Below, piece after piece: positions 24,700 to 39,382 of a DNA stretch of 64,000 nt (within the stretch, counting starts at the first letter, position 1; the number at the start of each line of letters is the position of its first letter). A program made the translations under genes and the position numbers. Under the pieces are notes generated by a model. It was not told the origin of the DNA. It was given only the letters and a program-made list of their open reading frames with translations, and searched no databases. Source of the stretch: Selaginella moellendorffii (lineage: Eukaryota > Plantae > Lycopodiophyta); assembly GCF_000143415.4 (NCBI RefSeq), contig NW_003314308.1, positions 62,001 through 126,000 on the forward strand. The letters run 5' to 3'.

Positions 24700-27600
24700 C
24701 AAATAATAAACCACCATTATAATTGAGTTTGAGTTTGAGATTGCTTTTCATTTATATTTTACTAACTTGCATAAAACTTCAATATTTTTAGCAAGGGAAA
24801 ATGACATTTAAAGAATACATTGAAAAACTTATTTTCTTGATTAGCCATGTTTTAATAAAAGATCTAAATTAAAACAAATTTTACTTCATTGATGGTGTTC
24901 ATAGTGAGAACATAAAGCAATACTTTGTGTTATTCCCAATTTATAAAGAGTTTAGAGGAGTATGGTTTATCAACTTAATAATGATAAACACAAGTCTTAC
25001 AAGCCTTTGAATAGTCATTCAGTTGAGAATTGTTATGGGCACAAAAATGGGAATAAACATCACAAATCTATGGTGGCTATTTCAGGGTTGAAGAAGCAAA
25101 TTTTTTATGAAGAATTATAAACAAGGTTATTATCATTCTAGCGAGCTTAGATACTATAAAGCTAATTGTCCAAAGCTAAAGACAAATAACATAGCAAGAA
25201 GAATGGTCAATTTTTTATTGATGGTAATTTAAATATTAAGAAAAATATTATATCATGAGGATGATGAGGAAGATTGTTTTATTTGGAAGAAGAGGATTTT
25301 AGTCACTATTTGTCAACTCAACTGTGTGTGGAACAAAACAAAGGCTGAAGACACTTGTGCATCAGTTTTAATGCTTGAGAGTATATTTTGTGGTAGTCCA
25401 ATGCAAATTTTATGATAATAATTTTGTTTTGCAAATTTATTAAGGAGCACATTTTAGTAATATAAAGCATTTTGTAAAAGGTATAGCTACTTTATACAAT
25501 ATTTGATATTTGTGTAAAGGGGTTAAAAGCACTAGTTAACAAAACCATAATTGTGGAGACTTTTTATCTCATGATCATTCATTGCATGGATTTTATTCCT
25601 AGTTGAAGAAAGCCTATCTTGCTTACATAGTGGTGTTAAGGATATATGGTTTAGAGAGGGAGTTTAACCTTCAGGTATTATGCTCTTTCATTACATTTTT
25701 AAAATGGGTTTATACTTTTGAGTTATCTGATATTTATTTATGACTTCAGAGACCAATTCACATGTGGGGGAGAGGCAGTATTATGACTTATAGTTGGCTA
25801 ATATTTTTCCATTTGAATTTCCTTATACATTGCCTTTATTATGAGTGTGAGATTACACTAGAGTCAGAGAAGATATAAATCTATTAGTATCCATTTCAAT
25901 TAAGCTATGTGGAAGAGTAAAATGTTAAATAATAAGTCAAGGAATTACTTAAGTTTGGATTTATTCAACTAAGTAAGTTTTTGTTTGGCACATCAGTCTT
26001 ATTTGTAAATAAGAAGGATGACTTAATGCAAATATGTATTAACTATTGTGTTTGAAAAAGAAAATGGTGAAAGATAAAATGTTAATATTACATATAGATG
26101 ATATCCTAGACAAATTTGGTGAAACCCAAGTGTTTATTAATATTGATATAAGGAGTGGATATCAATAGATTACAATGGATAATATCTATCTCTAAAATAA
26201 ATTCAACATGAGTTTCAAACATTTTAAGTTCACAATTATGCCATTTAGATTGATGAATATATTAGCTATATTTGTTTGGTTGATGATGGAAGTGTTTAGG
26301 CATTATCTATATGAGTTTGTGGAGATTTTCTTGTTGAGCAAAGCTCTAATACTTCAACTTACTAACCTATTTAAATCTTATAAAGTAATTTGTGATGTGA
26401 ATGGTTATACATTGGGGGAAGTTTTCATGCAAAAAGGACAACCTATTATATATAAAAGTTAGACTTTACATTTTGTGGAACAGTGATATTTCATATATGA
26501 GGAAGAGTTACTTTCAATTGTAACAATAGAAAAGTGATTAAGCAAACATCATGTTTTTCAAACATAAAGGCACTATCTTTATTGTGTAGTGTCTATGATA
26601 TTGATGAATTATAAATATTTTGTGTATTTATTCATATAAAAGGAGTTAAACACTAGGCAAACTCATTATATAGTCAAACTCATAGAGTTTGGAGAGTTTC
26701 CTATCAAGTATCATTTGGAAAAAATGAATATGATGGCAAATGCTTTATCATATACTTCTTATATAACAAAGTTATAAATATAATTTTATCATCATTTGAG
26801 TAAAGTGATAAGTGAGTTTGGGTAGTCAATTGAAGTTGCTCAAACTCAAGATGTTGAGATGGTTTCATTGCAAGCTTAGATAGAAGCATTAGTGGATGAG
26901 ATTCTTTACTATAATAGCCATATAGACGTGTTAGTTTTATTCTACTATCATGATTATTTAGAGGCTGATTATTTTAGAGGGAAGAAGACATAAATAAAAC
27001 ATAATATTTATTAGAGAAATATCCTCAAATATTACAAATTATATAAGCTTTATCAACAAGTAAAAGTGTCACAGAAGAAGCTAAAAGGGCTTTTGCAACC
27101 TTTGCTTATTCTTCAAAGCTATTAGTATAATATCTCTACATACTTTATCACTTATTTACCATGAATACAAAGGTATTGAGTAAATGTGGGTTATAGTGAA
27201 TTAATGAAGTATATGTAGTTGTTACCTCTTTAAAAGATTTCACTACCTCAAACTTGGTTATAGTCTACTTAGAGAGTGTTTTTTTATTTTGTTTGCCAAA
27301 GGATATCATTAATGATTGAGACTCAAAGTTCATTAGTGGATTTTAGAAAAACTTTATTTAATTATAATTTACTTAAAGAAGGTTTTCTCTGATTTTAGTT
27401 TGCTAGAGGACATTAGTAATGATTAGGATTCAAAGTTCGCTAGTGGATTTTAGAAGAACTTCATAAAAGTTATGCAAGTGACTTAAAACTCTCAAGTGAA
27501 ATCATCCTTAAATAGATAGGTAAATCAAGTGTGTAAATCAAATGATGGAGATATGATATACTGTAGCATTAGCTAAAAGTAGAGATAATAGAATTTATAT

Positions 27601-28205
27601 CTTCTATGTAATTCAATTATAACAATAACCAACACAGTGACAATCATTACTTTACCATATTTAGAAGGTATCCCAAAACAACATTAGAGTTAGAATTGCA
27701 TTTGATTAAGGATAATTTGGATAAGTTTGATTTAGAAATGATTGATCTTGCTACAAACCTTAATGAGATTATAGTGGTGTATATATGGAATTTGTAAATA
27801 GTCTAGAACATAGTGGAGAATGTTGCTAATGAACATCATCAATTTAGAGAATATAATGTGGGAGACTTTTTTTTAATGCAAGTGATTTTTATGTCAAATG
27901 AGTGGTAGAACACTTTAGTGCTTTTACAGAATGAGAAAAGTGACAAATTTTCTCACAATTATGTTAGTTTATATAAAGTGTTATAAAGTAGCTTATCAAA
28001 TGTGATTGTTAGCTGGAATAAAAATTCATTTGATATTTTATGTCAATCATTTGAAAAGTGTACTATCTTAGAGTGAAGAGCCTAATGACACCTTAATGTA
28101 TATGACTTTGAATAATAGATTAGAAACTTAAATAGAATTCCCTAAAAAAGGTGATAACTGGTGCAATTCATCTTTGGGATAAGAATATTGTTGAAGGGGA
28201 AGAAT
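24700..28205 (+). mobile_element. heavily degenerate Ty3/gypsy retrotransposon internal region
   Basis: Broken RT (FGTSVLFVNKKDDLMQICINY; FKFTIMPFRLMN) and RNase H (CDVNGYTLGEVFMQKGQPIIYKS) remnants. A purine tract gaaggggaagaa precedes TG at 28206, the probable 3' LTR start. Confidence 0.8.
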
Positions 28206-30761
28206 TGTTAAGCCTTAACTTTGACCACATAATCAATTTGTCAACTAAAGGATATATTATAATATGGATTTAGTGTAGAGTACCCTAAGGGCTCATAATG
28301 GTGTGGTTGTGGGTGATGAGAAGGTGTAATGTTGTCTAGATGAAACTAGACTTCTTTATCTTTATCATTTTGTGCCGAGTCATAACACTTATAATCGTGA
28401 GTTGCTCATAGGATTTTAGCTTTATTATAACTAGAGTGTGGGAGTTAGTGAGACTTATTTGGTGCTAAAGAGAGCTTGGAAGATATAACTGATCTATTTG
28501 CATCCCAAGGCAAATAATGGTGCTATAGAGAAATTGACTAGGTTTTACTCATTTCTTCCAAGTCAAGAGCCTTTAATGGCCTCCAAATAGATAAGTAGCC
28601 CTCTAAAGTCTAGATACAAAAGCTTAGAGTTGTTTGCCTCTTATCCTCTAAGGCTTTGGTGGTTTTCAAGTGGAAAGTGACATGTAAAAACTTGGATGCA
28701 TAAATTGGCTTGTTTGTGTGGAAGAACAAATCATTTAGACACATTGCCATTTTGGGAAATATTAGTGACATTTCCTTATATCTAAAGGCTGAAGTTAGTG
28801 GTAGAGATGCTTTCAAGTAGCTCTAGGAGCATGTTGGGCATCATTATGCCCACACAAGCAAAGAGAGTATCAAGAACTATCTTTTATTATCCCTTCCTTT
28901 GACAAATGTTTTTTGTAACAAGTCAATGTAGAGAGGTCTCCCAATGGTCTAGGAAAGCTCCCAGCAAGGGGCTTAAGAAATCACAGTCCACAACATTTCC
29001 CCTACAAAGGCATCACACATAATTGGGAGATTGACCAGCTTGTGGCATATATGCTTTGTAGTGTCTAGAGAGTGGCATGCCCCACTTAAGAGCCAATATA
29101 GCTCAAAACTGCTATTTCTTCAAGACTAGAGTATTCTCCAGTGAAGGTCTCTCCTAGATCAAAGCACTATTAACAATTGCCACATATGGCATTTGCTTCA
29201 AGAACAAAATCCCCATCTAGCAAACACTGTCCCAATGGCAAAAAAAACTCGCAAAAGCTACAAGACATGGTCCCATGACAAATGAAAAAGAGTGAATTGA
29301 CGGTATTGTAGCTCAGGGTGAGTATGACACTTTGCCTTGTTGCCATCTCCCTATAGGAAAATGTGGCAGTGACAATTCTTGGCTAGAAGTAGTTGTAGAT
29401 GATGTTGCATCATCCAAATCACCATGCCACATCTTGGAAACATGATCTAAGATGCTTAGCCTCAGGCATACATCACAAGGTATAAGGAGAGACGATGCTT
29501 GGGTGCCCTTGGTGCTCCTGCTACTGTTGTTGCCACTGTGGGCATAGTAGAGACCCACACCAAGCAATTAGGCACTATACTTGCATAAAATCTAGGATGG
29601 GCTGCCATGAAGAAGAGGCATGATAGGTTTGCTCCTGGGTTGTTGCCACTATTGGTTTTGTTGCTAGGAGTAGAAGCTCTCTCCCATCCTATCTACTTTC
29701 ACTAAATATTCATCCACAGCCTTAGCTGAAAGTTGCTAATGGGAAGATCTTTCTCACCTAGTGCTGTCATAATTAAAGTGACTTAGGAACTAGATATTCA
29801 CTCTTTAGATGTGCAAGAGAGGATGGAGACAAGGAGAGATTAGAGAGAGAAGAGGCAATGTAGTTAGAATGTGTGAGCCTGAATACATGCTAGTGATATA
29901 TTTGCTAGCTCGACCACTCCAAAACAATATTGAAAGCCTGGACCCATTATTAGCTTCACAAGCTTAAAGCGTTTATTCTTCCAAATTAAATTTATGGGTC
30001 CAACTGATTTACATGGCAGCAGTAGAATGATGGGGTAGCTATTGCATTTCTGTCAACTTCACAACCAGCCTGTTGCAATCCTCAATCATTTAAAAGAACG
30101 AGAAGATAGGCTCTAATCGATGAGCTGAACACACCTAGGGTAGGCTAGAGTCATTCTTCATATGACGAACACAGGAGTGACATAAGGCGGGCAATATCAT
30201 TCGAACATAGATGCATTTACAAAGATTCCAATCATAGAAATAGTCGGCAGGCTATCATTTTGACTCTTCTGCTAGGAATGCAGTCATTAAACCGGGTAAA
30301 GGAACCCTTTAAATTGTACAGCCCCTACCAAGGAGAACTTGCTCCTGCTAAACAATAGCACTCAACCCAGAGAGAAGTAGAGAAAAGTGGAAGAAACAAA
30401 GAAGAAAGAGGCAAAGAAATCAAAGATGCATGTCACTCGTCTGCAGGAGCAAAGAAATGGAGCGCTCCAACTCATACCTCAAAAGAAGAGGGTTGTATTC
30501 CCTCCGTACATGGCCCAATCAATAGCCGCAATTCTTGAAACCTGGTGGCATCGCGAGCAGTACCCCGCATCTGGATTGGGCAGGGACAAATTCTTCGTCT
30601 CGCAATCCATGATCGCTGCCTGGACGTTCATGCAATGCGAGGGATCCAAGACTGTAGCATAGCCCGTGCATGGGTTTCGAGATCTCACTAAAAGAATTAA
30701 GGACTAAACTTGGCAGCAAACCTTTTCCTATGTCATTAGAGGAGGTGACCCAGCGAGATGG

Positions 30762-32612
30762 CTAGTGGTATTGCAAGCTTTCGTTGCAGTACTGCTTGAA
30801 AGAAGCATTCTCCTCAGTGATGAAGTCACTGGACAAGAAAATTGAGCGCGCGAAAGGGTATAAGAGAATGGATGAGACACTACGCACCATATCCGGGACA
30901 CCATCTCACTTGGATCCCAGCGGGGACTCCAAGGGTAATCCTCGTATGCTCGAGAGATTGGCCGTCCTTGCGAGTCGAAGTGCTGAGAAACGAAGCTTTA
31001 GCTTAACGATATCATCACAACACATAGATACCTGTGAGCTTTGCAACAGCAAGGTGGGCTGGACCTTTGGAAACTGCAACGGTAGAGAGATGTGGATCTT
31101 CAAGAAGAAAGCATCACCAAAGTCTCAGTGCCCGAAACAAGAAACAAACTTTAATTTGCTTACCAAGAAGGTGAAAACGCCAGCCGAGGCTATCATGGAA
31201 ACCTTTCTGCCAAAATCCTGCAAAACTTCGTGTAACTTCTTCTCTTTGTATGAATCAAGCAACTCCAACTAACCGTTTCAGCTTCAAGAGGCCTTCCAAA
31301 GACCGGAACCAATGCTTCTATGAAATTTCTCCTGAGCGTCAGAGACGCGCAAGCATCGATTATCTACACAGGACACTTAACCAAATCAGCCACAGCCGCC
31401 GAGATTCTGCTTACTTGTGACTGTAGCAACTCCAGCAACTTGGGAATGTACTCGGCTAAGCACCTAAATGATCAAACACAAGCTTTAGCTAAGATACAAT
31501 ACATACGCAAGGAAAAGAAAGAAACGCTTACATGCTGTCCGTCCAAGCGGGGAGCCTAACATCCTCCACCTTGAAAACCTCCCTGAGAACGTTTGGAGCG
31601 TGGAGTTTAATCAGAGGAACAGCTGACGAAGAAGTGAACTCCCGCTGCACTGGATAGCACACCTTCATCCAGAGCCAGCAAATTTTCCAATGAGCCAACA
31701 AAAGAAAGTCGAGGAAAGGCTCACTTGCAGCACTACGCCGGTATTAGGCGGCTGTAGCAAAAGGCGACTCTGTCTTGCTAGCTTCGAAAGATCCAGTTCG
31801 TGGAGTGGAATGGAAAAGATGACTCGCGCCTGTTAAACTGCGAACAATTATCATCCAGCAGAACAAGGAACAAGGCAGACTTTTCACTCACATTGTCTCC
31901 ATCTGTGACGAGTCCCATTTCAAGATCCTGTCCAAGTAAGAAAAGAGAAACACGCAAACATGGAATCAAAAGAAGAAGAAGAGGAGAAAGATAAAAGGCT
32001 ACCTCAATGCTCTCGAGTGTGTTAACCTCGAAATGGAGACGAGAATCCTTGAGCTCTTCCACTCGCTTGCGTTGATACTGAAGATACTCGTTCCTAGAAG
32101 ATGGAAATCGTACCAAAGTCTCTTTTAAACAATCAGAGAAAAAAAGAGATCTTACCGCAATTCAACGAGGAACCTGAGAAGTGTGGAAGGATCTTTCGAG
32201 TCCCAGCCTTTCAAAATGGAGGAAATCGAAGAGTTCGTGGCAAGTGGCTGAAAATCCGAGTCGTGGGCAGCGAAAATCACATCCGGTGGCCAGTATGGAT
32301 GCTGACAGCTGAAAATCACTTCCCCTGGACAACCAAAAATCTTTAGGAGAAGCACGCTCGAGATAAAAAAAGAAGGCTACTCACATCGAACCGGTTCAAG
32401 GAAGCAAGGAATGAGCACAGAGAAGCGATCGAAGAAACTGTGCGACTCGTGGCTCTTCCGGAAGCCATCGACCTAGACGCCCCAAAGAAAATCAAAACAA
32501 AAACCTTTGATCGATCGCTCACCTGTATGGGCAGCAAAGAGTTCTGGAGAAGATAGTCGACTTGATCCACAATGTCGCGAGGGAGCATTGGAAACACCCA
32601 GCTGGGCGCCAT
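30762..32612 (-). CDS. BRCC45: BRCC45/BRE (BABAM2), BRCA1-A/BRISC complex subunit, multi-exon
   Basis: Spliced exons read PPDVIFAAHDSDFQPL..WDSKDPSTLL, EYLQYQRKRVEELKDSRLHFEVNT, VEDVRLPAWTDSMCLAEYIP, RRNFIEALVPVFGRPLEAE, QFPKVQPTLLLQSSQHFDSQGRPI..YPWSPRWDPSEM and FKQYCNESLQYH*. Confidence 0.9.
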
Positions 32613-32699
32613 CGCCCCTTCTTTTTAGCAAATTTAAACCCTAAGCTCATTAAGTTCGACAGAAAATGCGAATATTCGTAGATCTCTTCGTAAAGCATC

Positions 32700-32820
32700 A
32701 ATCTCCAAGCTCTACGCCTCCACGCTCCAAGTTCCACACTTCATACTCTCCAAGCTCCACGCTTCATACTCTCCGAGCTCCATTCATACTCTCTAAGCTC
32801 CTCCAGCTCGCTCCAAACTC
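32700..32820. repeat. imperfect ~23-nt tandem repeat (cttcatactctccaagctccac-like)
   Basis: About three ttcatactct units with interspersed ctccaagctc motifs, in the 262-nt gap between the GAPB stop and the BRCC45 start. Confidence 0.6.
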
Positions 32821-32874
32821 TTTCAGGCTTACAAGAGTAGAGACTTCCAATTGAATTCATTCCAAGATTTCCTC

Positions 32875-34654
<1,780 letters not shown>

Positions 34655-34970
34655 CGTCCTCTCGGGCCAAAGGTGAAAAATCTCCACACAATGCTTATAA
34701 AAATTGGTATCACATTTGAATGGAATTTACCCGCGAGCAAATGTAAACCATGAGACCGCGTTGGCGATAAGGTGGTCAGGCCTCGCCACACACTCCTCAT
34801 CTCGACCACCGTACGCATGTGAGTTTTGGCCCATGGCCCAAATCGTCGTGGACCTCGGTTCGAGTCCTCTGCCCCGCGAAAATATCCGGAATATCTACAA
34901 GTGTAGGGTTTGTGCCAGCGAGTGGGGGACGTGGATAGAGCAATGAAACCCTAGTGCGGGATTTTCGGAA
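34655..34970. promoter_or_regulatory. shared divergent promoter of GAPB and ALB3
   Basis: 316 nt between the start codons. Contains an I-box GATAAG (34766-34771), a GCCAC motif and a TATA-like tract near 34695. Confidence 0.55.
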
Positions 34971-37089
34971 ATGGCCACGCTAGTCTCCTCCACCAGCGCC
35001 GCGCATTCGCTTCTTCCCCACGGCGCTGCCAGAAGGAGCTCGCATTCTTGCTGCTCGCACAGGAATTCCTTCTTTGGAGCTGAATTGGATCGAAAGAGCG
35101 TGTATTACAAGTTGCGGCGATCGAGGAGCCGGCGGGAGCTGCGATTTCTGGTCAGTGCGCACCTAGGTCAGCCGGAGGATTTGGAGTCGGCATTGGATTT
35201 GCTAGCGCAAGCGCCGGAGTCAGTCCAGAATGCGCTCGCTAGAGTGGAGGGATTTCTCTACACTGTGGCGGATGCCGCTGTCGCCACGGATGTTGTAACG
35301 GATGGCACGAGTGAGACCGTCCAACAGGCCCAGCAGAGCGATTGGTTCTCTGGCGTGACTACTGTCATGGAAGCGGTGCTCAAGGTTAGAACATACTATC
35401 GAGCGAATTCTATGCTTCGATCGATCATACTCCTTTGTGTTTTTTCTCTTAGGTGTTGAAGGACGGTCTTACAACGCTCAAAGTGCCGTATGCCTACGGG
35501 TTTGCGATCATTCTACTCACAGTCTTGGTGAAAGTTTTGACGTTCCCATTGACGAAGTCACAGGTAGAACTTAGAGATTGTTGCTGGCTAGATACTAAGG
35601 CGTTGCGAATTTCCAGGCAGAGTCCACCATATCTATGCAAAACTTGCAGCCAAAATTGAAAGCCATCCAGCAACGTTATGCTGGAGATCAGGTACTCAGT
35701 GACTGGTTTTTTTTCTCTCTCTCTCTCTCTTAGCTCAGGAAAGAGTCTTTGCGTTTGGCCAGGAAAGGATTCAAATGGAGACAGCTCGTCTCTACAAGCA
35801 AGCTGGAGTTAATCCTCTTGCTGGTAAGTTCTAATGAGTGTAATTCACGAGCTTGATGTTTTTCTTTCTTTCTTCATTTTTGTTCTTGCAGGATGTTTGC
35901 CAACCTTGGCGACTTTGCCTGTCTGGATTGGCTTGTACAGGGCATTGTCAAATGTTGCAAATGAGGTCAGTTTCCGGTTGTGATTTTCTCTGTTTGTTTA
36001 CATTTTCTTCAGGGCCTCTTGAGTGAAGGGTTTTTCTGGATACCTTCTCTGGCAGGTCCGACAACAATAGCTGCACGTCAAAGCGGTAGTGGTATCTCCT
36101 GGCTGTTTCCTTTTGTGGTGGGTATAATTTTGTAGCAATCAGCTGGTTTTCAAACTCGTTTTTTGTTTAGGATGGGCATCCTCCCCTGGGATGGGGGGAC
36201 ACAATCGCGTACTTAGTGCTGCCTGTTCTTCTGATTGGATCACAATACGCTTCTATGCAGATTATGCAACCGCCGCAGGTACTGAAATACTACTTCTCGT
36301 TGTACTTCGTAACTCGTACGAGGGTTGTTTTTGCAGACTGATCCAAGCCAAAAGAATACACAGCTAATTTTGAAGTTCCTTCCTCTCATGATCGGCTATT
36401 TTGCTCTTTCTGTTCCCTCCGGACTCAGTCTATACTGGTTAAGTACAGAGAACCGTGTGGTGAACTCTCTACTTACTCATTTTCCTGCAGGCTAACAAAC
36501 ATATCCTCAGCACTGGCCAACAAGTGTGGCTGCGAAAGCTCGGTGGGCGTAAGCCTGTCGTTGCTAGTGGCGGTGGTGACATAATCTCGGCTGGTCAGGC
36601 CAAGCGGTCTACTCCATCTCCACCCGCAGCGACTGTAGTACCAGCACCAGCAAGAGAGGCAGGAGGAACAAGAGAAAGCCGACGGGGTGAAAGGTACTCG
36701 TCCGTTTTGGTTTCACTTTTAGACAGCAGTTTGTAATTCCAGGTTCAGGCAACTAAAAGCAGCAGAGTCGAAACGAAAAGCCGAGAGAGCAGAGAAAACA
36801 AGATTGGCCGCAGAATCAACTAAGGCGCCAACGTCGTCTGAGAGAAAAGAGGGGGAGGAAAGTCGCAAAGCCGATCCAGAGACTAGCGACGGGGACGAGT
36901 CTTCTTCGGACGAGGACAGCGATGATAGCGAGGCCACGAAGGTGCGTACTTTCTTTTGTTCCTGTTAGTCACCGATGGATTCCACAGGGCTCGTTGGAGG
37001 AATTGTATGCTAGCAGTGGGAACGGAGCAGCTAGCAATGGAGGCTCTCCCAACAAAAGTAAGCGTTCGAAAAGGAAGCGCTCAGTTTGA
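34971..37089 (+). CDS. ALB3: thylakoid membrane insertase ALBINO3 (YidC/Oxa1 family); apparent -1 frameshift at ~36501
   Basis: Exons read YTVADAAV, VPYAYGFAIILLTVLVK, GVNPLAGCLPTLATLPVWIGLYRAL and FFWIPSLAGPTT. The basic C-terminal motif SKRSKRKRSV* is typical of ALB3. Confidence 0.9.
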
Positions 37090-37268
37090 AACCAACAAAA
37101 GAAGACAGCGATCAGTGTCCAGGTTCGACAAGCTACTCTGCTTGGATTCAAAAGGATTTGACTCTGTGGATAGCCCAGAGGAATCACTATCTTACAGTTT
37201 TGTAAAATATAATTCTCGTTACTTGCTAGGATCAAACCCGGAATCCGGATTTTCAGCCTTCACATTCG

Positions 37269-37411
37269 TTTCGAGAGACTGAGAAGGCCACTCTCTCACG
37301 ATGCCTGAGCATGAGGCGCACGTCAAAAGGGTGATAGTTTATTTCGAGAGACTGAGAACTACCTTTGTGAAGGCCACTCTCTCACGATGCCTGACAAAAG
37401 GGTGATAGTTT
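37269..37411. repeat. imperfect tandem duplication (~73-nt period)
   Basis: tttcgagagactgagaa...ggccactctctcacgatgcctga...caaaagggtgatagttta occurs twice. Confidence 0.75.
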
Positions 37412-38289
37412 AGACGGAGTTGGATCTAAGGTCCAGATGCAGGTATTCATACTGCACTTATTTGTTTCACAAACGTTATACTAGATTTACAATTTACCTG
37501 CTTTCTGCTTGCCTAGAAATTTCTGGAGTTTCCCCATCGTCTGGATTCATTGTTTGCTACCCATAGAAATCTGTAGGATATATTTTAGATATTCTTTGGT
37601 TAAAGATTAAAATTTTACACCTTAAATAAATGCTTTTGTGCTAATTTTTTTGTAAGCCAATTACCATGTAATAAGAATTTGTCACATGGCTAAGCACTAT
37701 TGAGTAATCACTAGTGCTAAGAAATAAAGCATTAGAAATCTAACACATGGAAAAGAGTGATTCTTTGCCTATTCTTGTAATCTTCTTGATGTTTCAAAGC
37801 TTCCATTAATCTTGTTATTGTGTCCTTTATATTGCCTTATTCATCCAATACATCAAGAAGGATTTTAACAGCCCACCTACCTTCTTAACAAACTTATTAG
37901 CAATTTATTTTAATTTTACATTGTTGTTAGCTTTGACCACATGGTCACATGAGTTAAAAGATAAGCTCTAGGGCATAGATTTAATTTAACTTACTCTAAT
38001 TTTGAGGTAGCTCTTGAGGCTAATACTATGGCAAACTTGTTTTTATAATAAACGGTTTTATATTATTTTCTTCATGTTGGTTAATACAGATTTGAGTTTA
38101 TTTTCTATTGCTCAACCTGTTACCACACATTGCCATCTATATTTGCATTGTGTGGTAAAACTAATTTTCATTCTTTATAACAATAGTTATACATACACAT
38201 GTGCACGGGATGAGGCAAATTTGAGCTACCCTTTTATAGTTAGGCCTCTTTATCTTTATTATATAAAGTTAGGTCATAGCATTAGTATA

Positions 38290-38940
38290 AAAGGAGTTGG
38301 TGGCAATCAAGATGAACATTAAAATCTTAGTGGTGCTAATGGTATAGAGTTGTTAAAGTTTAAACTATCCATAATATTGTTCATGAGTTATAAACAAGAA
38401 ATGCAAGAGATGCATAGCATAATGATGAGTGGGTGTGTTGAGATGCTCAAGGTTGAAGATGTTGATGCTTTAATATCACGAATATGAATACTTAATATTC
38501 TAACATTTCTTTTATGATAGCAATATGAACAAGTATCTAGCTTGGCTAGCCAATGTGAAAAAGTTGGTTATTAAAGAGATATAAAGGGTTTAATGGTTGT
38601 TCTAATGGTTTTGTATAATATAGGTTTTTGATAGTGGAATTAACTTGAGGAGATTTATGTTACAAATACTAAATAGTCATTATTTACTATGGATGAGTTT
38701 GAGATTGTTTTTTTTTTTTTTTATGTTTTGCCCCTCACTATAATATGGAGAATGTGCACATAGAATTTTGATATTTTCAGTAAGGGAAAATGATGCTTGA
38801 GGGCTATATTGAAAAGTGTTTTAACGAAAGATTCAAATCAAAACAAATCCTACTTCATTGATAGCCTTGATAGTGAAAGCACAAAATAACATTTATGCCA
38901 TTCCCAACCCACAAAGAGTTTATCAATAGGGTTTAAATTA
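38290..38940 (+). mobile_element. decayed retrotransposon remnant related to 24780-24960
   Basis: Shares agggaaaatga...attgaaaa...aaaacaaat..tacttcattgat blocks with the gypsy remnant at 24.8 kb. Confidence 0.5.
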
Positions 38941-39382
38941 CTCAGTCTTTTAAAGTTTGGTTTTAACATGCTCATCAAGTTCATTAAAATCCTCATTAAG
39001 ATCCTTATCATTATCACCTTAATCCCCCCCCCCCCCCTCCCCGCTCTTGCTTGGTGGGAGGTACACATTCTTGGATGTGTTGCCATAGTAGTAGTAGTGG
39101 TTTCCATGTTTATTCATCTTCTTCAGCCTTGCTTTTGCCTCTAAAAAAAGACTATAGAGAGCATTTCATGGCAATTTTTCCTTCATCTCTTCTTTTGGTA
39201 ATTGTGTTGACCTAAGCTACTAGTGAAAACAATCAACCATAGCTAAATTTTTAGGAGTATTCTTCGAGTCAAGGGTTATTGTTATTGAACAATCTAGTGT
39301 AATAAGCCTTCCAAATCTTTGCAAAAGTACATCTTTTGAGGACATTAAAGAACTCCTAGTGGAGATATATAATGTTGTATAT

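Noticed and set aside
30387-31272. Plus-strand ORFs of 91 and 162 aa
   Set aside because: The 162-aa frame is antisense to BRCC45 exons. The 91-aa frame has no support.
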